64,000 nt of DNA. Origin: Octopus sinensis (Eukaryota). Positions 54,371 to 64,000 of this stretch are shown here, piece by piece. The stretch is from the NCBI RefSeq assembly GCF_006345805.1, contig NC_043013.1, positions 37,634,001 to 37,698,000 of the forward strand, in the 5' to 3' direction. Within the stretch, counting starts at the first letter, position 1, and each line of letters opens with the position of its first letter. The position numbers and the translations under genes were made by a program. The notes under the pieces are model-generated. The model did not search any database and was not told the origin of the DNA. It was given only the letters and a program-made list of their open reading frames with translations.

Positions 54371-54936
54371 TTGGGTTGTCCGGAAAGTTCTTGTCGATTT
54401 TTAAAGGAAAGAAAAAGGTCAATAAATACTTGCTATTACATTTTTAATCAACCAAATATGAACCATTTTGTTGCATAATGCATCTCCATCATTCCTATAA
54501 CTTCAAAATACCCTCTTCCCAGAATTGAGGTGGTTTCGTGGCAAAGAATTCATCAAGGTATCATTTTACGTCATCCAAGGAATTGAAATTTTTACCATTA
54601 AGACTATTCTGCAGATACTTGAATAAGTGGAAATCGAAAGGAGCAATATCTGGTGGATATGGAGGGTGGGGTAACACATCCCAGCCGAGCTGCAGCAATT
54701 TTTGTCTGGTTCCCAAAGCATCAAGTGTCGAAAATGAACTTTCTTATCTTCCATTTTAAAGGGTTACAGAATTAACACAGGTTATAGGAACATAAAACCT
54801 CTTGCACGAAAAGATAGCTTAAACTGTGCTCTAAATGGAGGTGTAGTGAAATCCTATTTTATGAACTCAACCGTGTTCTAAAATAAGTCGAAAGGTAAGC
54901 TACTATAAATCGGCAAGAATTTTCCGGACAACCCAA
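54371..54936 (-). mobile_element. Non-autonomous mariner deletion derivative (566 bp)
   Basis: TA-flanked TIRs TTGGGTTGTCCGGAAA...TTCCGGACAACCCAA. Retains GWDVLPHPPYPPDIAPFDFHLF (mariner C-terminus). Confidence 0.9.
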
Positions 54937-54944
54937 TAATTATA

Positions 54945-55245
54945 TTGATGAGTATGATAGATTGTTCAAAGTAAGCCATCGTTGTTGTTGCTGATAAGAT
55001 AGGTGACACTTGATCTGGTCTGGTAAGCTCTTTGTTACGTAATGTTGTAGATCAAGGTTTCTTGTTGATTTAAGTAAATGAAAGCGTTTTGGAGTAGAAG
55101 TGTTTGGAGGATAGTTCTAGGAAGTAAAGTTGTGAGTGTGACGTTCTAGGTTTAGGGAACTCTCTATTCTGTGCAAGTTAAAGAAGCTAGTGTAGATATA
55201 AGTTGAGAAGCATGGGTGGCATGACTGGACTCTGTCTTCTGGTGT
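54945..55245 (-). pseudogene. Possible highly decayed Penelope-like RT C-terminal fragment
   Basis: One frame gives SCHPCFSTYIYTSFFNLHRIESS...NYPP, weakly like SCHP..RICS..YP. Short match only. Confidence 0.3.
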
Positions 55246-55260
55246 TATTATGTTTCACTA

Positions 55261-55651
55261 GGAGGCGCAATGGCCCAGTGGTTAGGGCAGCGGACTCGCG
55301 GTCGGAGGATCGCGGTTTCGATTCCCAGACCGGGCATTTTGAGTGTTTATTGAGCGAAAACACCTAAAGCTCCACGAAGCTCCGGCAGGGGGTGGTGGTG
55401 AACCCTGCTGTACTCTTTCACCACGACTTTCTCTCGCACTTTCTTCCTGTTTCTGTTGTACCTGTATTTCAAAGGGCCAGCCTTGTCACATTCTGTGTGT
55501 CACGCTGAATCTCCTCGAGAACTACGTTAAGGGTACACGTGTCTGTGGAGTGCTCAGCCACTTGCACATTAATATCACGAGCAAGCTGTTCCGTTGATCG
55601 TATCAGCTGGGACCCTCATCGTCGCAACCGACGGAGTTCTCCTACTACTAC
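55261..55651 (+). mobile_element. tRNA-derived SINE group A, full length, tail type i, 12 bp TSD
   Basis: A box TGGCCCAGTGG, B box GGTTTCGATTCC, (CTA)n tail. TSD TATGTTTCACTA at 55249-55260 and 55652-55663. Confidence 0.9.
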
Positions 55652-56359
55652 TATGTTTCACTACGTTATCTTTGTAGCCTGATTTGTAAACTGGGAGACA
55701 GCATTATTCTGGTGTTATTGAATAATTTTGATATGAAAAGTTATTGCAGAATAAACAAGAAAGATTTGGTGACATCGCTGGAAGTTGGTTAAACCCTGCT
55801 ATATTTAATAATAACAGCTCATGGATTTTTTTCAACGATTTGTGAGTAGAGTTGGTTATAATATAGTAATCTCCACCCATGTTGTGATTCGGAAAAGAGT
55901 ATGTGTATGATGATGATGATGATGATGATGATTAACCTCTCTAGAATATGAGAGGTGGTGCATTGAGTGACTGGCCTTTTGTCTCAAAGACGCTAAGATG
56001 ACTATCAGTCCGTGTGATAGTTTTCAGGACAATCTCGCTCTAATCAGTGCCATCTACAAGGATCAGATGTTATCGTGGCCAAAAGAAACCCATTTTTAGT
56101 GCTGAGAAGGATACAGCCCGAAACCATGTGACACCCTATATTTCAGCACACGTTACACAACTTATATAAATAGACGAAATATATATTTCTAAACATTCAT
56201 ATGTTTTGAAGCTGAAGCTTAAGGCCTTTTGTGAATTCAAAGACTTATCTGCATGAAATATTCTTATCATAATGACAATTAATCTGTGTTGCCTTTCCTA
56301 TCTTCGTTGGCAAGAATTATCATTAGAACTAAAACTTTTATTTCACTAAGTTTCTAGTA

Positions 56360-56503
56360 TTGTACATTATTTACATTCGACGGATATTTGTCCTCATCTT
56401 GTTTGCTTTTAACACAACGTTTCAGCTGATATACCCTCCAGCCTCCTTCTGGTGTCTTGGGGAAATTTCGAACTTGGGTTCTCATTCCTTAGATATTTTT
56501 CGA

Positions 56504-56558
<55 letters not shown>

Positions 56559-56601
56559 TATTATTATTATTAATTTTATTATTATTATTATTATATTATT
56601 A

Positions 56602-56644
<43 letters not shown>

Positions 56645-56666
56645 TATTATTATTATCATTATTATA

Positions 56667-56698
<32 letters not shown>

Positions 56699-56845
56699 CA
56701 TCATTATTATTATTATTATTATTATTTTTTGTTGTTGTTGTTGTTGTTATTGTTGTTGCTGCTGTTCTTCAAGTGATGCTTGGAATCTAACTCGGAATCT
56801 TGGGGTTAGTAGCCTGTACTCTTAACCACTACTCCATATGCCCGT
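56360..56845 (-). mobile_element. tRNA-headed small element with internal (AAT)n and a hammerhead-like motif
   Basis: Minus strand: GGGCATATGGAGTAGTGGTTAAGAG...GAGTTAGATTCC head, (AAC/AAT)n tract, then ACAC-CAGAAGG-A-GGCTG...CAGCT-GAAAC-GTT-GTGT at 56412-56455. Confidence 0.6.
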
Positions 56846-56999
56846 GAGCATATGGCGTAGTGGTTAAGATGGGGACAAATATCTGTCGAATGTAAATAAT
56901 GTAAATAATGTACATAATTCCTCATCTGTTAAATATAGAAGTGTTTTTTCTAATATTGGTTTCAAATTTTGAGGGAGGGGGTAAGATAAATACCCCCCC

Positions 57000-57150
57000 C
57001 CCCGTCAAAACTGGTGCTTATTTTATCGATCTCGGAATGATAAAAGGCATATTCGACCTCAGCAGAATTTGAAATCAGAAGAGAGAAACGGATGAAATGC
57101 CGCTAAGCTTTACAACTGGCGTGGCAACATTTCTGCCAGTTCACCACCCT
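57000..57150 (-). mobile_element. SINE group C, degraded
   Basis: AAAGGCATATTCGACCTCAGCAGAATTTGAAATCAGAA. Confidence 0.65.
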
Positions 57151-57577
57151 TATTACATTTCTACTATTAATTGGTTAAAAATAGCGTCGGTTTATTACAT
57201 TGATTAGGTTACCCCCATTTAACAATACATACGTTTGAATATATGTTTGAAAATATTGTTATAATATTTTTTAACAATGCATTTATTGATTTTTTATTAG
57301 ATCTCCTCATCGTGTCGTGTCGGTTTAGACTAATGTTTCCATGAGTTTTCTTCGGAAGCGGAAATGTATGTGCCATATTTCCATGATATTACAGTGTAGG
57401 TGGTTGCATATTCTTACACACGTATGTGTTCAGAATGTTGCCCACAGGCAGCCTCGCTACAACGCAGTGCAGATCAAGCATGGACCATACAATTGCATAG
57501 AAAGAAAATTCAAATGCCTTTCATATATTTTTCACGTCTATCTTTCACGTCTATCTTTTTGGAAAAAACAGATTATA

Positions 57578-58111
57578 TTGGGTTGTCCGGAAAGATCGTG
57601 CCGATTTTTAAAGGAAAGAAAAGGGTCAACGAATACTTGCCATTACATTTCTAATCAACCAAATATGAACCATTTTTTGAAAATACCCTTTTCTCAGAAT
57701 TGAGGTGATTTCATGGCAAAGAATTCATCAAGGTATCTTTTTATATCATCCAAGGAATTGAAATTTTTACCATAAAGACTATTCTGCAGAGACCTGAATA
57801 AGTGGAAATCCAAAGGAGCAATATCTGGTGGATATGGAGGGTGGGGTAACACATCCCAGCCGATCTGCTGAAATTTTTGTCTAGTTTCCAAAGCATCAAT
57901 TGCCGGAAATGAACTTTCTTATCTTCCATTTTAAAGGGTTACAAGATTAACACATTTTATAAGAACATAAACTTTCTTCCACGAAAAGATAGCTTAAACT
58001 GTGCTCTAAATGGAGGTGTAGTCAAATCCTATTTTATGGACTCAACCATGTTCTAAAATATGTCGTAATGTAAGCTGCTATAAATCGGCACGAACTTTCC
58101 GGACAACCCAA
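57578..58111 (-). mobile_element. Second copy of the non-autonomous mariner derivative (534 bp)
   Basis: Same TIRs, TA flanks and internal deletion junction as 54371-54936. ORF 57694-57891 reads GWDVLPHPPYPPDIAPLDFHLFRSLQNSL. Confidence 0.9.
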
Positions 58112-60050
58112 TAGTTGAAGACACCTGATCAAGACAGGATCGAACTAGGAATCCAGTTTCTGGCACGCAAGCTTGATAACGTAAGAGTTCAACCATGTGC
58201 TAATAATATTAATCATGATCATAGATGCTTATTTACATACGCATGTTTTTCCCTCAGCAGACATTCAAAATTCAAAATTCTATCTTCTATTACATGATTT
58301 CTGTCATTAAAAAATAATCAATTCCACATTCCATTTTCTAACATGGAAAATTATTACATGAATACGTCTTGTTCCTAATAGATTTCAGTCTGGTATTTGT
58401 ACAAAGGAAACATATTTAATATATATTACAAAATTTCTATTGAAGAATTTATTGCGATGGCACTCCATTTTCTCTATATGCCGCTCGCAATGTGACATTT
58501 ACAGACTTTTGCCGTCTTAATACTTTGAACAGCAATTCCGAAGAACCATTAACTATATCAAATGACTGAAACCCATCTAAGACAAGATTAATAATTGCAT
58601 ATCTCATTAGCTGTCTAAGGAAATAAGAGCTATAATATGCGAATAATCTTTTCTATTCTTTTTTATTATTATTATTATTGTTTGGCATTTTTATTTTTCG
58701 CTTCTTTTTATATAATCATTATTATTATTATTATTGTTAATAATAATAATAATAATATTAATAATAATAATAATAATAATAATAATGATGATAATAATAA
58801 TAACAATATGTCGCTTTTTATCTTTCTTGCTTTTTGTTAAGAACATGAATAGAAAATATTCTCTGCCATTACACCTTCATTTGTCTAGATATAAAATGAT
58901 ATTCTCTTGTATAATGTTATATTTATATGGGTTCTGAGCAACTCCCGCTTTCTGTTTTCTTTCACTATCCCCTCCCTCCTTTCATACTTTATTTTGTTCT
59001 TTCTTTCTTTATGACTTCCAGTCTGTCTGTCTCTCTGTCTCTCACTGTCTCTCTCTCTCTCTTTCGCTCGCTGTACTTATATATATGAGTGTGTGTGTGT
59101 ATGCCTATATATATAAATATATATATATATAGCATATATACATATATATATACATATATACATTCATATATATATATACATAAATATACATATGTATGTA
59201 TGTATGTATATATATTCAATTCTTTCTCTCATGCACGCTTTTTACTTTAGTTGTTGTCAAGGGGAAATCCTATTTAGATTTAGAATATTTAATGTGTCTT
59301 CGCAATTCATCAACCTGTATTAAGAATACGTAATGTTCTGTAAAATACTGCTTCGGTGCGACAATAGGACAGACGTTGCTTTCCTTCGAGTAAGTATTAA
59401 ACAAAGGAGGAAAAAAATAAATAATATTCAGTAATTCCATTTGTAGCTTTCAAAAAAGTGAATTGTTTTCTAACGGGCCTCGAAATCAGGTCAGCAGCGC
59501 TGTTTATCAGATTTTATCTGTTACTTTTCCCACTGAACATATTTATTGATTTCTTTTGACTATTCATGTAATTTGTCTGTGAAGTTTAGTGGACGAAAAC
59601 TGAGTGGAAGCCTGCCGGATTGATTTAAAATGTGAAATACCTAATGTATTATGTTGCGAAAATCTAGTTTAGAAACCTGCACTTTGGAAGCTCTCGCTGC
59701 TGGGAGGAAACCCGGACATAGTGCGGAGAGCTAGTCCCTTCAGACTCAATGGCATAAGTTACTGGATCTGATTTTTCGTGGGAGAAAAATGTTCACCAGC
59801 ATTCAGACTAGAGGAGTATGAATTGAAGAGTCTTTCCTAGGAACAAAACACTCCGTTCTCTTCAGATATCATGATGTTTTGATAACGAACCAAAGTACTT
59901 ACGATGAGGCTATGTGTAAGGTCTTATGCGGTAAGATGAACATTAGGGAACAATACAAGCAAGGACACTGTTACAATGATGAATATATATGCGTGTCAGT
60001 ATGTACATAAACATACACACAACGACGCTGGCGCAAACACACATTCGTAT

Positions 60051-60090
<40 letters not shown>

Positions 60091-60154
60091 TATATATATA
60101 TATATATATATATAGATAGATAGATAGATAGATGGATAGATAGATAGATAGATG

Positions 60155-60196
<42 letters not shown>

Positions 60197-60211
60197 ATAC
60201 ACACACAGAGG

Positions 60212-60371
60212 AGGCGCAGGAGTGAATGTGTGGTAAGTAGAGTGCTTACCAACCACATGGTCCTGAGTTCACCCCACTGTGTGGCACCTTGGGCAAGTGT
60301 CTTCTACTACACCTCGGGCCGACCAATGCCTTGTGAGTGGATTTGGTAGACGGAAACTGAAAGAAGTCCGT

Positions 60372-60413
<42 letters not shown>

Positions 60414-60640
60414 ATATATGGAGGGGTGTATGTATATGTTTGTGTGTCTGTGTCTGGCCCCCTAACATTGCTTGAGAACCAATGCTGGTGTGTTTGCGCC
60501 CCTGTAACTTAGGGGTTCGGCAAAAGAGACCGATAAAATATGCATTGGCTTACAAAGAATAAATCCTGGGGTCAATATTTGCTCGACTAAAGACGGTGCT
60601 CCATCATGGCCGCAGTCAAATGACTGAAACAAATAAAAGA
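60212..60640 (+). mobile_element. SINE, group B, full length
   Basis: Consensus head, internal (AT)n tract and tail. Confidence 0.85.
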
Positions 60641-60676
60641 ATACATACACATCAATACATAACACATTCACATTTA

Positions 60677-61567
60677 CGAGGTCTATCTGAAAAGTAACGG
60701 GACTGGTGTCACATACGATTTATTTCAATTTCAAACAACAATCTTTATGGTTACCCCTTCAAAGTGATTCCTCTCGAGTCTGATGCACTTTTCCTTCCTT
60801 CTCTGGCACGCTTCTTTGCACCGCTAGAAGGATTCATTTGAGATGCTCCCTAGCTACGTCGTTACGGCCCCCTTGATAGCCTCCATGCCTTCAAAACGGG
60901 TCCCCTTGATGCTCCCTTTCTGCTGGTGGAAAAAATAGTCGTACGGAGCAAGATCAGATTAATAGGGAGGTTGTTCGAGAACGTCGTCCTTCTTCTCAGC
61001 CAGGACCTTCCGGTTGCTCAGGGCCTTTTGAACAGATGCGTTCTGGTGGTGAAGCAATCTCGATTTGTCCTACCACAATCCTCGTCGCTTCTCGCGCACT
61101 GAGCGAAGTAGACACCTCTGGATCTCTTTGTTGATTTGCTGATTGGCCACGCGACGTTAACCGCAGTCCTTCTTGCTGAAGGCCTGCCGCTCATGGAGAC
61201 ATCTTCCATCTCCTCACTCCTCTCTTTGAAACTTTTGTGCCACACAAAAAAGCGTGTGCGACGTGGTGTCATCATCATACACTTTGTAAAGCATTTCAAA
61301 TGCTTGTGACAAAGTTTTCTCCCACCGGACCAAAAGTTTTCGGTCTATTCGTTGTTCGGTGTTCATCGTTCGTTCCTGAGAGCTCATAGGTGAAAGATCT
61401 GAAAAGAAATAGGTGTGAACAAAAGCATGTAAAAAAATATGCAATTTTAAGACGATAGTTATATAGTCCCAAGATATGATGTTAGGTGATAACACGAACA
61501 GCTTATTCCTCTTTCATCCATAGTTCACAAAATTCACCCAGTTCCGATATATCTGAGACAGACCTTG
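60677..61567 (-). mobile_element. Internally deleted mariner element
   Basis: N-terminus MNTEQRI...SQAFEML.KVY.DD...RTRFFVWHKSFKE...SGRPS; C-terminus ...GTRFEGMEAIKGAVT...CIRL. TA-flanked, diverged TIRs CGAGGTCTATCT / CAAGGTCTGTCT. Confidence 0.8.
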
Positions 61568-61672
61568 TATATGTAAGTATATATATATATATATATATAT
61601 AGTGACCGCGTGTGTACCGTTGGCGATTCTTTTCCCTCCGTCTTCCCTTCTTTGGATCTTTCCTTTTCCTAT

Positions 61673-61707
61673 GTTTCTGACGAAGAGCTCCGCTCGAAAT
61701 GTTAAAC
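61673..61707 (+). ncRNA. 35 nt ultra-minimal hammerhead-like motif within a small repeat (~61600-61810)
   Basis: GTTT-CTGACGA-A-GAGC(TCC)GCTC-GAAA-T-GTT-AAAC. Stems I and II pair perfectly and helix III is absent. T at the position where C would give the palindrome AACGTT. Confidence 0.55.
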
Positions 61708-61809
61708 CCTCCTTCTTTCCTTCTTTCCTGAGCGTCCAATGATACTATACTTGTTCCACGTCCTCGCGTTGTTGTGTTTTCTCTTTGTGTTTTCATGTCT
61801 GGATTAACA

Positions 61810-61844
<35 letters not shown>

Positions 61845-61900
61845 TGTATGTATGTATATGTATGTATGTATGTATGTATGTATATATATATATTATATAT

Positions 61901-61946
<46 letters not shown>

Positions 61947-62877
61947 CTGCAGCTTAATCTGGTTTTAAAATGCTCGCTTCGAGAGTTGCAGTCCATTGCG
62001 TTCGGTACAATGTGTTTATTATGGTAGTTTTGACTTCAAGAGACCCTCCTAGTGTGAGGCATTTATGTATAGTAATGCCCTCTTATAAATAAATATATCT
62101 AAAAGGAATAATTAATAAATTTTTCCCTTATGAGGTTTTTCACGCTAACTACTTGATAAATACTTATAAAGATTTTATCCTATATTTCATATATATATGT
62201 AGATAGGTAGGTATAGATATAGATATATATATAGATATAGATATAGATATATATCTTGTTCTATTTCAATTGCCCTTTATTTGATCTACGTTTTAAGTCT
62301 TACCAGACGACTGACGCAAAATTACCCTCGAATCATTAGCTATTAGAACGTTAGAAAATTGCTTTCACATGCTCTCTCTTTGTGTTTCTATTTGTACATA
62401 TCATTTTCTAAATCGGTCTCCCTCTCTCTCTCCTTCGCCCACTACTCTCTACATTATTATTTTACCGCTCTGATAAGAATTTTGCGAAGTTCCAATATTA
62501 CGCGACACATTAATTGTTCATAACGTGAATTCAGACTTGGTTCTGTTTCACATTATCTCTTTTCACTGGTTGGAAATCGTACGAATTCATTGCTTCAAGA
62601 ACAGGTACGGATTGAAAGGTAGTGTAATTTGTCGCTAAGTAATTTGAAACTAATTAAAGATACATATTCAGTGTTCCTGATTTGTGTTCGACGTAACACG
62701 TACTTTATAAACAGGCAAGTATTTATACATACATGCGTATATAAACATGACTCTGTGAGCGTGTCTGTGTGTAAGTATAGCAATATACGTGTGTGTAAAT
62801 ATGTGTGTGTGTGTACATATATATATACATATATATATATTTGTATATGTATGTTTTATGTATATATATATATGTAT

Positions 62878-63205
62878 AGGAGTGGATGTGGATTAAGTAG
62901 TTTGCATACCAGCCACATGGTTCCGTGTTCAGTCCTACTGCGTGGCACCTTGGGCAAGTGTCTTCTACTATAGCCTCGGGTCGACCAAAGCCTTGTGAGT
63001 GGATTTGGTAGGCAGAAACTGAAGGAAGACTGCCGTATGTGTGAGTGTATATATATATATATATGTTAATGTATATGTTTTGCATATGTTTTGATCGATA
63101 AGATGAGTACTAGACTTACAAAATAGTCCTAGGGTTGATTTCTTTGACCAAAGGCGGTGCTGCAGCATAACCACAGTCAAATTACTGAAATAAATAAAAG
63201 AATAA
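62878..63205 (+). mobile_element. SINE, group B
   Basis: GTTCAGTCCTACTGCGTGGCACCTTGGGCAAGTGTCTTCTACTATAGCCTCGGG. Confidence 0.8.
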
Positions 63206-63255
63206 AATAATATATATATATGTGTATATATATATATTATATATATATATAATAT

Positions 63256-63309
<54 letters not shown>

Positions 63310-63934
63310 TATATAATGCATGATAAAACGAATGGTTTACACGCGGTAGGTTACTGGTAAAACGCTGGAACTTTCACTGTGAACGTCAGGTATATAGCAA
63401 ATGAAAGACGGAGGATGGAATATACGAGAATTTATTATTAATCACGACAATTGCTTTGGCACGCCTAGTATCGATTCCTCTTGGGTTGGACATAACATCT
63501 GATTCAGAAGCATCCGGTGCCGCCGCAGATGTATCTCGTCTGTTGATAAATAAATAAAACTCGTTAAAATGACTGTTCCGCAATGTAGCTTTCCGTTTTG
63601 TAGAATGAAAAGCAGCCAGATGGAGGAAATATCTTCATTAATATAGAAAGTCAAAAACTAAATCGCATATGGCAAAAAGAGAAACGAACACGCAATATAG
63701 CGAGAAAAGTATTAAAAGTAACCGTTAACAGATATGGATGTATAAATGCCCTCGGGCAATCTTCATGGCGCGAGTACACTCGCTCCTACAAGCATCCGCA
63801 AAAATATGGGCATACGCGCACGCGAGGTTTGGTGCACTTATGATCACAAAGCGAGTTAGCTATCTGCTTGGTGTTTATAAGAATTGGAGAGGTTAGAAGT
63901 AATCCATATCTTAAAGTACAATAAACGGTTACTC

Positions 63935-64000
63935 AAGGCGGCGAGCTGGCAGAATCGTTAGCACGCCGGGCGAAATGCTAAGCGGTATTTCGTCTGTCTT
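63935..64000 (+). mobile_element. SINE group C head (cut by window end)
   Basis: GGCGGCGAGCTGGCAGAATCGTTAGCACGCCGGGCGAAATGCTAAGCGGTATTTCGTC. Confidence 0.75.

Noticed and set aside
55261-55335. Functional tRNA gene
   Set aside because: The A and B boxes continue into a multi-copy SINE body with a TSD, and there is no acceptor-stem closure. The same applies to the other tRNA-like heads.
59830-59870. Minus-strand CTGAAGA-GAAC...GTTC-CTAG-GAAA
   Set aside because: Four extra bases before GAAA and no stem I or III pairing.

Overview
AT-rich, microsatellite-saturated eukaryotic non-coding DNA. The SINE repertoire and repeat load suggest an octopod cephalopod genome (inference). There is one 100-N assembly gap at 29532-29631. 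No host protein-coding gene can be confidently identified; nearly all long ORFs in the track are microsatellite artefacts. The window is a TE graveyard. It holds three abundant tRNA-derived SINE groups (here A, B, C), several Tc1/mariner relics (maT DD37D, mariner, Tc1), two nested R4/Dong-like REL retrotransposon relics in TAA repeats, a frameshifted Penelope-like element (RT plus GIY-YIG), two ~0.9 kb tandem duplications and a perfect 7x37 bp minisatellite. The most notable unexplained structure is a set of eight minimal type I hammerhead-ribozyme-like motifs from at least five unrelated small repeat families. One of these sits in a 370 bp fold-back and one in a tRNA-headed SINE-like element. 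A second notable feature is SINE insertions with one head and 2.6-4 tandem bodies inside a single target-site duplication.
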